From contig JAXLQJ010000027.1 of assembly GCA_046331705.1 (NCBI GenBank), forward strand, positions 1-64,000: DNA of 64,000 bases. The letters run 5' to 3'. Position 1 is the stretch's first letter; each line of letters starts with the position of its first letter. A program made the translations under genes and the position numbers. Under the pieces are notes generated by a model, which saw only the letters and a list, made by a program, of their open reading frames with translations, had not been told where the DNA came from and made no database searches. Source of the stretch: a bacterium (GTDB lineage Bacteria > JADJOY01). Positions 1-12,334 of this stretch are shown one piece after another.

Positions 1-374
1 GAGGATGCCTGTGCGGTGCCGTGCGTTACCGCGTGCGGGCGCCGCTTCGAAACGTCGTGAACTGCCATTGCGGCCAGTGCCGACGCTGGCACGGCCACGT
101 GGGTGCCTACACCGAGGTGCCGCGCGAGGCGGTCGAGCTGACGGAGTCGCGCGGGCTCAAGTGGTTTCAGTCGTCCGCGCACGCGCGCCGCGCGTTTTGC
201 GCCGAGTGTGGCTCCAGCCTCTTCTGGGATGCGCTGAAAGGAGCCGAGTTCGGGATCGCCGCGGGTACCCTCGACGGGCCGACCGGCCTCGAGACCGTCG
301 CCCACATCTTCACGAAATACGCCGGCGACTACTATCGAATCGACGACGGGCTGCCGAAGTCGTCCCGGGAGTAA
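1..374 (+). CDS. GFA / CENP-V family protein (5'-truncated by window edge)
   Basis: Frame reads GCLCGAVRY...CHCGQCRR...RAFCAECGSSLF, the typical GFA Zn-binding Cys pattern; ORF is open to the window start. Confidence 0.85.
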   Translation, partial: GCLCGAVRYRVRAPLRNVVNCHCGQCRRWHGHVGAYTEVPREAVELTESRGLKWFQSSAHARRAFCAECGSSLFWDALKGAEFGIAAGTLDGPTGLETVAHIFTKYAGDYYRIDDGLPKSSRE

Positions 375-375
375 C

Positions 376-1464
376 GTGACGGGCGGCGTCGACGCAACCG
401 CGCTCAAGAGCTGGATCCGCGACGAGGCGCAGCTCCTCGGGATCGACTCCGTCGGCTTCTGCGCGGTGGAGCCGGGGCGGGAGGTGGAGCGCTTCGCCGA
501 GTGGCTCGCGCGCGGCTATCAGGGCTCGATGGACTGGCTCGCCCGCGAGCCCGAGCGGCGCGCCGATCCGCGGCGATCGCTGGCCGGCGCGCGAACCGCG
601 CTGGTCGCGGCGGTGAGCTACGACAGCCCGGCCTCGCGCACGCTCGAGCGCGCCGATCCCGCCGGTACCGGCTGGATCTCGCGCTACGCGTGGGGCGACG
701 ACTATCACAACTGGCTCACGCGGCGAATGCGCAAGCTCGCACGCCGGATCGACGAGCGGATCGGTGGCGAGCCGGTCGGCGGCGCGCGGTGCGCGAAGGT
801 CTACGTCGACGCCGGCCCCGTGATGGAGAAACCCCTGGCGGAGCGCGCCGGGCTCGGCTGGATCGGCAAGAACGCCTGTCTGATCTCGCCCACGGCGGGT
901 AGCTTCGTGTTCCTGGGCGTGATTCTGCTCCCGATCGAGCTGCCGCCCGACGAGCCGGGAGTCGATCGCTGCGGCACCTGTCGCGCGTGTCTGGACGTCT
1001 GTCCGACCGCGGCCTTTCCCGAGCCGTACGTCCTCGATGCACGCCGCTGCATCTCGTATCTCACCATCGAGCACCGGGGCGAGATCGAGCCGGAGCTGGA
1101 GGCGGGGCTCGGCACACACGTCTTCGGCTGCGACCTCTGCCAGGACGTTTGCCCGTGGAATCGCCGCTCGCCGCGTCGTGCTCGGCCGGAGAGCCAGCCG
1201 CGCGACGGCAACCAATCCCCGGATCTGAGTGAGCTCGTGGCCCTCGACGAAGCGCGTTTCGCCGAGCGCTTCCGGGGAAGCCCGGTGAAGCGCACGAAGC
1301 TCGCTGGCATGCGCCGGAACGCCACGGTGGCGCTCGGCAACTCGAGCAACGCGGACCCGCGCGCCGACGCGATCCTGGATGCGCTCACCCGCGACGACGA
1401 CCCGGTGGTGGCGGTCACCGCGACCCGCGCCCGCGTGCGTCGCCGCGCCCGTTCGTCGCGTTGA
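376..1464 (+). CDS. queG: tRNA epoxyqueuosine(34) reductase
   Basis: ISRYAWGDDYH, EKPLAERAGLGWIGKN, 4Fe-4S motifs CGTCRACLDVCPT and GCDLCQDVCPWN. Confidence 0.93.
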   Translation: MTGGVDATALKSWIRDEAQLLGIDSVGFCAVEPGREVERFAEWLARGYQGSMDWLAREPERRADPRRSLAGARTALVAAVSYDSPASRTLERADPAGTGWISRYAWGDDYHNWLTRRMRKLARRIDERIGGEPVGGARCAKVYVDAGPVMEKPLAERAGLGWIGKNACLISPTAGSFVFLGVILLPIELPPDEPGVDRCGTCRACLDVCPTAAFPEPYVLDARRCISYLTIEHRGEIEPELEAGLGTHVFGCDLCQDVCPWNRRSPRRARPESQPRDGNQSPDLSELVALDEARFAERFRGSPVKRTKLAGMRRNATVALGNSSNADPRADAILDALTRDDDPVVAVTATRARVRRRARSSR

Positions 1465-1660
1465 GCGAAGGATCTTGAGCGCGCGACACGGCGCGATTCG
1501 CGCCGGTCGTTGACACCGGCGCGCGCGGCGTGTCCGGCGCAGGTCTCGTCGGCGGCACGGAGTGACGCCGCCCGTGCGCCATCGCCCTCGCCGAGGTGCT
1601 GAGAGACGGGGCGGCGGCTAGAGTGGACGCGGCTCGTTTGCGAGGGGAGGACGGACGACG

Positions 1661-2131
1661 ATGGCCTGGCTCGGATTCGCGTTGCTGTCGGTGTGCACCT
1701 GGGGCGTCTACGGCTTGCTGCTGCACACCGGAACCATGGGCATGGCCGATCCGGCCAACGGGCGCTACAAGGCGTTCCTCTTCGTGGGTCTCGCGTACCT
1801 GCTGGTGGCGGTGATCGGCCCGCTGGTCGTGCTCAAGGTCCGAGGAGTGGCCTGGGGAAGCCTGCCGGCAAAGGGCGTGGCCTGGTCCACGATCGCGGGG
1901 CTCGCCGGCGCGATCGGCGCGTTCGGCATCCTGCTCGCGTTCAGCGCGAAGGGCACGCCCGCGGTGGTGATGTCGATCGTCTTCGCCGGCGCGCCGGTGG
2001 TGAACGCCATCGTCGCGATGATCCTGCACCCGCCTTCCGGCGGCCTGCGCGCGCTCGATTGGCGCTTCGTCGTCGGGATCGCGATGGCGGCCGTTGGCGG
2101 CTGTCTCGTGACGCTCTTTCGCCCCGCCTGA
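1661..2131 (+). CDS. small 5-TM membrane protein, EamA/DMT-like half transporter
   Basis: GGAGG RBS upstream; about five hydrophobic helices; PxVVMSIVFAGAPVVN motif. Confidence 0.65.
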   Translation: MAWLGFALLSVCTWGVYGLLLHTGTMGMADPANGRYKAFLFVGLAYLLVAVIGPLVVLKVRGVAWGSLPAKGVAWSTIAGLAGAIGAFGILLAFSAKGTPAVVMSIVFAGAPVVNAIVAMILHPPSGGLRALDWRFVVGIAMAAVGGCLVTLFRPA

Positions 2132-2189
2132 CGCCGCGTGATCCTCGCGAGGGCCAGCTCGCACCGGTCGAGCTGGCCGCGGCTAGCGC

Positions 2190-2579
2190 TCAGCGCGAGT
2201 GCTCGACATCCTCCGGCACCGCGACCCACGCGTGCTTCCGATCCTCGTAAACCGAGAATCGCGGCGCTGGGAAGGACGGGTCGGCGAAGGCGCCCAGCGG
2301 GATCGCCACGATCTCGGGCAGGTCCTCGATCGTGTAGAGCACCGTCGAGCCGCACTCGGGGCAGAACCGGAAGCGCAGCCGTCGCCCCGAGTCGCCGGCG
2401 CGCACGTACTCCCGCGACTCACCCGAGACCGTGACCGAGGTCGCGGGAAAACGCGCCTGCGCGCCGAACACGCTGCCCGTGCGCCGCTGGCACGCGAGGC
2501 AGTGGCACATCGAGACACGCACCGGCTCGGCGGTCACCGTCGCCGTGAGCCGTCCGCACGAGCAAGCCGCGGTCCGCAT
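2190..2579 (-). CDS. GFA family protein
   Basis: CSCG...CHCLACQRRTGS...FCPECGSTV. Confidence 0.88.
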   Translation of the reverse strand: MRTAACSCGRLTATVTAEPVRVSMCHCLACQRRTGSVFGAQARFPATSVTVSGESREYVRAGDSGRRLRFRFCPECGSTVLYTIEDLPEIVAIPLGAFADPSFPAPRFSVYEDRKHAWVAVPEDVEHSR

Positions 2580-2634
2580 GGCATGCGAGTGTGGCAGATC
2601 CGCGGCGCGACAGGCTGTGGCCGCGGCGCGGGGC

Positions 2635-4722
<2,088 letters not shown>

Positions 4723-4817
4723 AACCCCCGAAATCTACGGCGCGCGCCGACGCGTTCCAACCGAGTGCGCCTGATTCGGCCGTCTCGGTTACGCGCGCGG
4801 ACGACGGGAGACTCGAC

Positions 4818-5372
4818 ATGCGGATCGACGTGGCACCCCAGCTCTCGCGCCCCGACCTGCGCCTGCGCCCGATCGAGCACGGCGACGTCGACGCCTGGTA
4901 CGCGTACCTGGCGCTGCCGCACGTGGTGGAGCACACGAGCTGGAACCTGCGCTCGTCGGAGGAGCTGCATCCGCTCGTCGAGTGGTACGAGTCGAGCGAT
5001 CCGGCGTCGGCGATTCGTTTCGCGATCGGCGAGGCGGGATCGCCGACGCTGATCGGCACCATCGGATTCCACACCATCTCGCTCGTGAATCGCTCGGCGG
5101 AGATCGCGTACGACCTTCACCCGGCGTATTGGGGACGTGGCATCGCCACGGCTTGCTGCGACGCCGTGGTGGCCTGGGGCTTCGAGCGCTTGCGCTACGT
5201 GCGCGTCCAGGCCACCACGCTCGACGCGAATCGCGCGTCCCTCCGGGTGCTGGAAAAGTGCGCGTTCGTCCGCGAGGGGCTGCTTCGCAGCTATCGAATC
5301 GTCCGCGGTGCGCCACGCGACTTCTGGATGTACGCGAGAGTTGCGCCGCACGCGCCCGCGGAGACGCGCTGA
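4818..5372 (+). CDS. GNAT N-acetyltransferase, RimJ/RimL-like
   Basis: EIAYDLHPAYWGRGIAT, NRASLRVLEKCAFVREG. Confidence 0.85.
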   Translation: MRIDVAPQLSRPDLRLRPIEHGDVDAWYAYLALPHVVEHTSWNLRSSEELHPLVEWYESSDPASAIRFAIGEAGSPTLIGTIGFHTISLVNRSAEIAYDLHPAYWGRGIATACCDAVVAWGFERLRYVRVQATTLDANRASLRVLEKCAFVREGLLRSYRIVRGAPRDFWMYARVAPHAPAETR

Positions 5373-5650
5373 TGTTCTGGTTCTTGTGGGGAGTGGACGT
5401 CGTGGCGGCGCTGGTGGCGCTCTATTTCTTCTTCGTCGGGCTCGGGGACGGCTCGGTGTCGGCCTTCAACGCCCGGATCTGGATCCTGCTGCTGCTGGGC
5501 CTCGCGACGGTGGTGATCGGCGGGCCGTGGCTGCGCGGTGCAGGTCATCCGAGGCTCGCACGAGCGCTGGTGACTGCGCTCGGTGTGCCCACGCTCGGCG
5601 TCGGACTCTTCTTCCTGGTGCTGCTCGTCACCCGGCCGCGCTTCAACTGA
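5372..5650 (+). CDS. small 3-TM hypothetical membrane protein
   Basis: ATG overlaps the upstream TGA; MFWFLWGVD...FFFVGLGDGSVSAFN..., three hydrophobic segments. Confidence 0.7.
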   Translation: MFWFLWGVDVVAALVALYFFFVGLGDGSVSAFNARIWILLLLGLATVVIGGPWLRGAGHPRLARALVTALGVPTLGVGLFFLVLLVTRPRFN

Positions 5651-5738
5651 TCCGGGCGTTGGGCGCGGCGCCGCGCGAGCGTGCTGCGGACCGGCTCCCG
5701 CGGCAACGCGCGTGGTGACATCGTGGGGCGAGCGTGTC

Positions 5739-5764
5739 GTCGATTTCGGACGCGCTCGTTCGTC
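5739..5764 (+). promoter_or_regulatory. candidate ECF-sigma promoter (GTCGAT...CGTC) upstream of yciI-like/ECF operon
   Basis: GTCGATttcggacgcgctcgttCGTC resembles autoregulatory ECF promoters; position fits. Confidence 0.35.
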
Positions 5765-5821
5765 ATGGAGGTGAGCCCGCTCGCCCGAGAGCGTGCCGAA
5801 ACCCGAAGAGGAGAGTTGACC

Positions 5822-6178
5822 ATGCAGTACCTGATGATCCTGACCGAAGTGGAGAGCGAGCAGGTGATGCCAGGCGATCCAGGCCACGACACGCTCATGG
5901 CCGAGTACCGCGCGTTCACCGAGATGGTGACCAAGCTCGGCGTGATGCGCGGCGGCGCGCGGCTCCGTCCCACGTCCACGGCCACCACGGTGCGGGTGCG
6001 CGACGGCAAGGTGATCGCGAGCGACGGCCCGTTCACCGAGACCAAGGAGCAGTTCGCGGGCTTCTATCTCCTCGACTGCCAGGATCTCGATCAGGCGCTC
6101 GAGCTGGCGGCGAAGATCCCCATCGCGCGGAAGGGCTCGGTGGAAGTGCGGCCGCTCTGGGAGATGCCGCAGCGCTGA
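5822..6178 (+). CDS. YciI family (DGPF-motif) protein
   Basis: DGPFTETKEQFAGFYLLD...GSVEVRP; AGGAG RBS. Confidence 0.9.
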   Translation: MQYLMILTEVESEQVMPGDPGHDTLMAEYRAFTEMVTKLGVMRGGARLRPTSTATTVRVRDGKVIASDGPFTETKEQFAGFYLLDCQDLDQALELAAKIPIARKGSVEVRPLWEMPQR

Positions 6179-6273
6179 GCGCCGCCTTTCGCCGTGCTCA
6201 CCAACGATCCGCAATGGGGCGGCCGCGCGGCCGCCCCGCACGGCACCCCGCAAGGCCCGGGAGCGAGAACGAC

Positions 6274-7569
6274 GTGACGACATCTCCGACGTTCGAGTCG
6301 CCGCGCGATGCAGGTGGCGAGGACGCGGCCACCGTTCTCGATCGCCTGTTTCGTAGTGAGCCGGGCCGGATCCTGTCGGTGCTGATTCACGTGCTGCGTG
6401 ACTTCGATCTCGCCGAGGACGTGCTTCAGGAGGCCGTCGAGGCGGCGCTCGAGCGTTGGCCGCGCGAGAGCGTTCCCGCGAACCCCGCGGGCTGGCTCGT
6501 GACGACCGCTCGCCGCCGCGCGCTCGATCGGCTGCGCCGGCAGGCGACGTGGGATCGCAAGGCCGAGGAGGTGCGGGGCTTCATCGAGCTTGCGGAGAGC
6601 GCACCCGGTGACCGCGATGGCCTGGATTCGCATCCGCTCGCCGACGAGCGATTGCGGCTCATCTTCACGTGCTGCCACCCGGCGCTCGCCCTCGATGCGC
6701 GCGTCGCGCTCACGCTGCACACCCTCGGTGGCCTCACGACGCCGGAGATCGCTCGCGCTTTCGTCACGTCGGAGGCGACGCTCGCGCAGCGTTTGGTGCG
6801 AGCCAAACGCAAGATTCGCGACGCCGGCATCCCGTACGCGGTGCCCGAGTCCGAGCATCTTCCGGAGCGATTGGGTGGCGTGCTCGCGGTGCTCTACCTC
6901 GTCTTCAACGAGGGCTACGCCGCCACGGCCGGCGAAGCGCTCACGCGCCCCGACTTGATGGCCGAGGCGATCCGATTGGCGCGACTGGTGGTGAATGCCT
7001 TTCCGGGCGATCCCGAAGGGCGCGGGCTCCTGGCACTCCTCCTCTACCAGCACGCGCGCCACGCCACGCGCACCGACGACGACGGAGTGCTCGTGCTCCT
7101 CGACGAGCAGGACCGCAGTCGCTGGGACCGCGCGGCGATCCGCGAGGCGAACGCGATCCTCACGGGCGCGGTGGAGCAGGACCGACTCGGGCCGTACCAG
7201 CTGCAAGCGGCGATCGCCGGCTTGCACGCCAACGCGCCCTCGGCAGCCGCAACCGAATGGCGCTCGATCGCGCTGCTCTACGATCGGCTCTGGGAGACCA
7301 CCGGCACCCCGGTGGTGGCCCTCAACCGCGTGGTGGCGCGCGCCATGGCCGATGGACCGAGCGCGGGCTTGGCGCTTCTCGACGAGGTCGCCGGGCTCGA
7401 GCGCTATCACCTCTACCATGCGACGCGCGGCGAGCTGCTTCGCCGGCTCGGCCGCGCCGACGAGGCTGCCGTCGCGTTCCGTCGCGCCCTCGGATGCACG
7501 CTCAACGAGCGCGAGCGCGCGCACCTCGCCCGCCGCCTCGCCGATTGCGAAGCCGCCAACCTCCAGTGA
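6274..7569 (+). CDS. ECF RNA polymerase sigma factor with DUF6596/TPR-like C-terminal extension
   Basis: DFDLAEDVLQEA, LRLIFTCCHPAL, LAQRLVRAKRKI, VLYLVFNEGY; paired with YciI; GTG start inferred. Confidence 0.88.
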   Translation: MTTSPTFESPRDAGGEDAATVLDRLFRSEPGRILSVLIHVLRDFDLAEDVLQEAVEAALERWPRESVPANPAGWLVTTARRRALDRLRRQATWDRKAEEVRGFIELAESAPGDRDGLDSHPLADERLRLIFTCCHPALALDARVALTLHTLGGLTTPEIARAFVTSEATLAQRLVRAKRKIRDAGIPYAVPESEHLPERLGGVLAVLYLVFNEGYAATAGEALTRPDLMAEAIRLARLVVNAFPGDPEGRGLLALLLYQHARHATRTDDDGVLVLLDEQDRSRWDRAAIREANAILTGAVEQDRLGPYQLQAAIAGLHANAPSAAATEWRSIALLYDRLWETTGTPVVALNRVVARAMADGPSAGLALLDEVAGLERYHLYHATRGELLRRLGRADEAAVAFRRALGCTLNERERAHLARRLADCEAANLQ

Positions 7570-7866
7570 CGAATCGCGGGCTCGAACCGCGCGGAGCAGG
7601 CGCTCCGCGCTGCCGCCGCGCGGCCACCTCGAATCGCGTCGTACGCGGGCGAGCTGGCGCTCGCTTCTACGACGGTCGTGCGATGGGTTGCGCCAGAATG
7701 ACGGTGTGAGCCGATCGCGATCTGCCGTACGCGCCAGCCGCGGGCCGCGGGAGCCTGTCACCCTCTTCGAGCCGTTGCCACGCTCGAAGCCAAGCTCGCG
7801 CGAGACGATCGAGGTCACTGCGCTGGGGCGCGGCGAAGCCGCCGTGGTTGCCGACGAAGCCGCGGC

Positions 7867-8454
7867 TCAATCGACGGCCGCGAGGGGCTTCGGCAGTCCG
7901 GACCAGAGCGCGCGCACGTCGATCTCCACCGCGTCGAAAGGCTCGATGCGTCCGGGGCGATCACCGCCATGCGTCGTGATGAGCAACCACGATGCGCCTT
8001 GGCGTCGAAACGCTTCGAGCGTGCGCGCGAGTGGATCGATGATCCAGGCATGGTCAACTCCCTCGCGGGCGTAGAGCGCAAGCTTCTCGAGGCGGTCGAG
8101 GCGCGCAGTCGACGGTGACAGCACCTCGCAAACCCAATCGGGCGCCAGCGTGTGGAACGGCGCGTCGGGAATCGAGGGCAGGCGGGCGCGCCGCCATCCG
8201 GCGAGGTCGGGCACGACGATCTCGCTGCCAAGATGGAGCTCCCGCTCGAAGAGAATCCACCACCCGCCCGGGCCGCCGCTGCCGTGATCGAAGGGCTCAC
8301 CGAGCTTGGATCCGACCACCGAGGCCACACGCGCGTGAAGCAGCCCAGGTGGCGGCAACACCACCAGCTCGCCACCGATGATCTGCGCGAGGAACCGCTC
8401 GGGAACCTGCTTCAGGTCCTCGTACGTCGCTGGCCTTCGAGATGGTTCCGCCAT
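7867..8454 (-). CDS. Uma2 family endonuclease (PD-(D/E)XK)
   Basis: ATYEDL...GGPGGWWILFERELHL...VPDLAGWRR...PDWVCEVLSPST. Confidence 0.9.
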   Translation of the reverse strand: MAEPSRRPATYEDLKQVPERFLAQIIGGELVVLPPPGLLHARVASVVGSKLGEPFDHGSGGPGGWWILFERELHLGSEIVVPDLAGWRRARLPSIPDAPFHTLAPDWVCEVLSPSTARLDRLEKLALYAREGVDHAWIIDPLARTLEAFRRQGASWLLITTHGGDRPGRIEPFDAVEIDVRALWSGLPKPLAAVD

Positions 8455-8513
8455 GTCGATGAGACTACTCTGTGCCTCCGGGCTGAACCGTGGCGATGCC
8501 GCACGATGTGGCG

Positions 8514-9284
8514 ATGACGATCGACGGTCTCCGCGCGCTGCGCGCCCAGCGTCCTGCGCCGATCGCGCTGTGCCGGCTGGTGTTGGAGCAGGCCGCGGGC
8601 GACCTCGCGGAGGCGTCGCGCATTCTCGACGAGCGGCTCGCGCAACAGGTTCAGCATCGGATGCAGGTCTCGCGCGACGAGGCCAATGCCGCGCTCGTGG
8701 GTGTCGGCTGGGACGTCGAGCGCGCGTGCGAGGTGCTGGCGCGACACCGGCCGGCGGCGCCGCAGCGGACGCTCGCTGCACTGCCGGCGTCCGCTCGGAT
8801 TCAGCGCGCGGCGGAGCGCGTGGCTGCGCGGCCAGAGACGTCCTGGAACGACGTCCAGCGGCGTGTGAGCGATGTCGCGGAGTTCATTCTCGTCACGTCC
8901 CTGCATGGCTTCGATGAGCTCCTCACTCGTCACGGCCGTGACGGCACTCGGCGCATCGCGGCGGCGCTGCGCGACGTCGGCGCCAGCGCCGAGGCAACGC
9001 TGGTCGAGCAGGCGCTGGCGGTCGCGGGCCGCCCGGAGGACGCACCGCCTTCGCCGCTGCCACCCGGCGTGATCGATGAGCTCGAACGGCGGGTGAGCGC
9101 GACGGGCGACGAGCTCGCACAGCAGACGCTCACGGACGCGCATCGCTGGCGCGATCGCCCCGGCGTCTGGCCGCCGCGATCGATCGCGCACCCTCTGGCC
9201 GTCCTCGACCGGGCGTTGGACGGCGCGGTGCTCGAGTCGAAACTGGCGGAATACGTCTCGCGCCATGCTTCCGAGATCGAGTGA
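8514..9284 (+). CDS. hypothetical helical protein (N-terminal UBA/EF-Ts-N-like repeats, possible DMP19-like C-terminus)
   Basis: Fills the space between Uma2 and PaiB genes; typical codon usage; start could be 8490, 8496 or 8514. Confidence 0.55.
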   Translation: MTIDGLRALRAQRPAPIALCRLVLEQAAGDLAEASRILDERLAQQVQHRMQVSRDEANAALVGVGWDVERACEVLARHRPAAPQRTLAALPASARIQRAAERVAARPETSWNDVQRRVSDVAEFILVTSLHGFDELLTRHGRDGTRRIAAALRDVGASAEATLVEQALAVAGRPEDAPPSPLPPGVIDELERRVSATGDELAQQTLTDAHRWRDRPGVWPPRSIAHPLAVLDRALDGAVLESKLAEYVSRHASEIE

Positions 9285-9336
9285 GAGCGCGCGGCGATCC
9301 CACACCGTCGGTGCGAGCTGGAAGAGGTGCCGAGAG

Positions 9337-9972
9337 ATGCACGTGCCCGAGCCTTTCCGCTGGGAGGACGAAAGCGCGATCGCGGCTTTCGTCGAGCGGC
9401 ACGACTTTGCGACGCTGGTGACACCCACGCCCGACGAGCTTTGGGTGACGCACGTGCCGCTGGTGCTGCGTGCGGCAGCGGCGGAGGGCGAGCCGCGTCG
9501 GCTCGTCGGGCACGTGGCGCGGGCGAACCCGCATTGGCGTGCGTTCGACGGCGAACGACGATCGCTCGCGATCTTCCACGGCCCGCACGGATACGTGTCG
9601 CCGAGCTGGTACGCGACGGCACCGGCGGTGCCCACGTGGAACTACGTCGTGGTCCACGTTCACGGTCGGGTCCACGCACGCCACGACGACGAGTTCAAGG
9701 CCGCGATGGTGCGAGAGCTGTCGACGCGCTACGAGTCGCCGCGCCCGCGGCCGTGGCTGGCCGACGCGCTGCCGGAGGAATTCCATCGCCGGATGATGGC
9801 GGGGATCGTGGGGCTCGAGCTGGTGATCGAGCGCATCGAGGCGAAGCACAAGCTCGGTCAGAACCGCTCGCCCGCCGATCGCGTCGGCACGATCGACGGC
9901 CTCGAACGGGAAGGCACCGCCGAAGCCGCCGCCCTCGCGGCGTGGATGCGCGAGCACGCCAGCGACGGCTGA
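9337..9972 (+). CDS. PaiB family FMN-binding negative transcriptional regulator
   Basis: GHVARANPHW, FHGPHGYVSPSWY, VPTWNYVVVH, KLGQNRS. Confidence 0.9.
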   Translation: MHVPEPFRWEDESAIAAFVERHDFATLVTPTPDELWVTHVPLVLRAAAAEGEPRRLVGHVARANPHWRAFDGERRSLAIFHGPHGYVSPSWYATAPAVPTWNYVVVHVHGRVHARHDDEFKAAMVRELSTRYESPRPRPWLADALPEEFHRRMMAGIVGLELVIERIEAKHKLGQNRSPADRVGTIDGLEREGTAEAAALAAWMREHASDG

Positions 9973-10231
9973 TGCCGCGGCAGCCGCAGCCTGGCCCGGC
10001 CTTGGGCTGCCCGTGCAGCTCGAGTGGACTCGGCTCGGGCGCGGACGAACGCCCGGTGGGGATCTCGCCGATCGCGCCTCGCGTACCGCGGCGTGGAACT
10101 TGCGTGGTCTCCGGGCGAGACCTCCCGAACGCCCGAAATCCCATGGAGATACAGCCTCTTGTGGAGATCCGGGCAGGCGGCGGAGGTTGACTCCGCCGTC
10201 AACGACCTGACGCGCGGTGGGGTGGGCAGCG

Positions 10232-12043
10232 ATGGCAGCGAACCACGTGATCGGGATCGACCTCGGAACCAGCAACTCGTGCATCGCGTCGCTCGTCGGC
10301 GGCGAGCCGGGCGTGATCCAGAACCTGGAGGGAGACCGCACGACCCCGTCGGTGGTCGCCTTCGGGCGCAACGGCGAACGGATGATCGGCCAGCCGGCCA
10401 AGCGTCAGGCGGTGGTGAATCCCACCAACACCATCTTCTCGATCAAGCGCTTCATCGGCCGCAGCTATCGCTCGCGCCAGGTCCAGGAGAACCTCGAGCG
10501 CTTCCCGTTCCGGCTGGCGTCCTCCTCGGGTGGCGACGTTCGCTTCGACATCGAGGGGCGTCGCTTCTCGCCGGAGGAGCTCTCCTCGATGATCGTCGCC
10601 AAGCTCAAGAGCGAGGCGGAGCAGTCGCTGGGCGCCGAGGTGCGCAACGCGGTCATCGCCGTGCCGGCGTATTTCGACGATCGCCAGCGCAGCGCCACCA
10701 AGGACGCCGGCCGCATCGCGGGCTTGGGCGACATCCAGATCATCAACGAGCCGACGGCGGCGGCGCTCGCCTACGGGCTGCACCGTCAGCAGAACCAGCT
10801 GCTCGCCGTCTACGACCTGGGCGGCGGCACCTTCGACGTGTCGGTGCTCCAGCAGCTCGGCGGCAAGTTCCGGGTGCTCGCGAGCTGCGGCGACGCCTAC
10901 CTGGGCGGCGACGACTTCGATCGCGTCCTCATTGATTGGCTCATCGAGGAGTTCCAGCGCGCCGCCGGCGTGCCGCTGCCCACGGAGCCGACGGTGCTGC
11001 AGCGGCTCAAGAACGCGGTGGAGCAGGCCAAGCGCGATCTCTCGTTCAGCCAATCGGTGCGGATCACCGTGCCGTTTCTCGCGGGCGGACGCTCGGGCCC
11101 GGTGCACCTCGACGTGGAGCTGGACCGGCAGCGCTTCGAGCAGCTGGTGGGGCCGCTCGTCGATCGCACCCTCGGACCGTGCGCGACCGCGCTCTCCGAC
11201 GCGGGGATCAAGCCGCAGGACATCGAGGCGGTGGTGGTGGTCGGCGGGCAGAGCCGGTCGCCCATCGTGCAGGCCCGCGTGGCGCAGTTCTTCGGGCGCG
11301 CGCCGGTGCGCGGGATCAATCCCGACGAAGCGGTGGCGATGGGCGCCTCGGTGACGGCGGCGCTCGGCGCGGGACAGCTTCCCGGCTACGAGCTGCGCGA
11401 CGTGACCCCGCTCTCGATCGGCATCGAGACGGCGGGTGGCGCCTTCACCAAGATCATCCCGCGCAACACGCCGTTGCCGGCGACCGCGAAGCGCGTGTTC
11501 ACCACCACCGAAGACAACCAGATCATCATTCGCGTGCACGTGCTGCAGGGCGAACGCGAGCTCGCCAAGGACAACCGCTCGCTCGGCCAGTTCGATCTCG
11601 TGGGGGTGCGCGCGGCGCCGAAGGGCACGCCGAGCATCGCCATCGAGTTCGAGGTCAGCGAGGAGGGGCGGGTCCACGTCACCGCCAAGGACGAGGACAC
11701 GGGTCGGTTCCAGACCGTGCGCGTATCCGGCCGTGGCGGGCTCACCGAGACCGAGGTGGATCGGATGGTCGAGGACGCGCAGCTTCACCGCGCGGTGGAC
11801 GAGCAGGCGCGCGAGTGGCTGGCGGTGCGGAACCGAGGCTTGAGCCTCGTCTACCAGACCGAGCGGCTGCTCACCGATCCCACGGCGCCGCTCATGCCGA
11901 TCTTCCGGGAGCGCCTGCACGCGATGGTGAGCGAGTTCAAACGCCACCTCGCCCGCAGCGTGGCGCCGCAGGACCGTCATTCGATCGAGGAGCGCCTGAG
12001 CGAGCTCGTGGCGTTGCTGCGGGAGCTCGAGTACGAGTCCTGA
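10232..12043 (+). CDS. Hsp70/DnaK-family paralog 1 (atypical)
   Basis: GIDLGTSNS, IINEPTAAALAYG, YDLGGGTFDVS, NPDEAVAMGA, DVTPLS; shortened C-terminus. Confidence 0.93.
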   Translation: MAANHVIGIDLGTSNSCIASLVGGEPGVIQNLEGDRTTPSVVAFGRNGERMIGQPAKRQAVVNPTNTIFSIKRFIGRSYRSRQVQENLERFPFRLASSSGGDVRFDIEGRRFSPEELSSMIVAKLKSEAEQSLGAEVRNAVIAVPAYFDDRQRSATKDAGRIAGLGDIQIINEPTAAALAYGLHRQQNQLLAVYDLGGGTFDVSVLQQLGGKFRVLASCGDAYLGGDDFDRVLIDWLIEEFQRAAGVPLPTEPTVLQRLKNAVEQAKRDLSFSQSVRITVPFLAGGRSGPVHLDVELDRQRFEQLVGPLVDRTLGPCATALSDAGIKPQDIEAVVVVGGQSRSPIVQARVAQFFGRAPVRGINPDEAVAMGASVTAALGAGQLPGYELRDVTPLSIGIETAGGAFTKIIPRNTPLPATAKRVFTTTEDNQIIIRVHVLQGERELAKDNRSLGQFDLVGVRAAPKGTPSIAIEFEVSEEGRVHVTAKDEDTGRFQTVRVSGRGGLTETEVDRMVEDAQLHRAVDEQAREWLAVRNRGLSLVYQTERLLTDPTAPLMPIFRERLHAMVSEFKRHLARSVAPQDRHSIEERLSELVALLRELEYES

Positions 12044-12334
12044 CAATTCGCGTCGGGGGTGGTGCCGCAGCGCGGCATTGACGCGGGCGTCCAGCCCGCG
12101 CCGAACCCGGGCTCGCACCCCGGGCATTCGCGCAACTCGGCGACGGCAAGCGCCTTTCCGCCGGTGAATGCGCGCCAACCGCGCTTGACACCCGTGGCTC
12201 GTGCCCGGTAGTTGTGTCGCGATGGCGCGGCGCGCTGGCCCTTCGCGTCACGGTCCACTTATTGCTTTCGCTTCCGTCCTCGGGATGGCATGATGCCGCC
12301 CGAACCACGCAACGCCCTGACCTCGCGGAGCGCC

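Noticed and set aside
12185-12214. TTGACA promoter before the second Hsp70
   Set aside because: Perfect -35 but no convincing -10 at proper spacing
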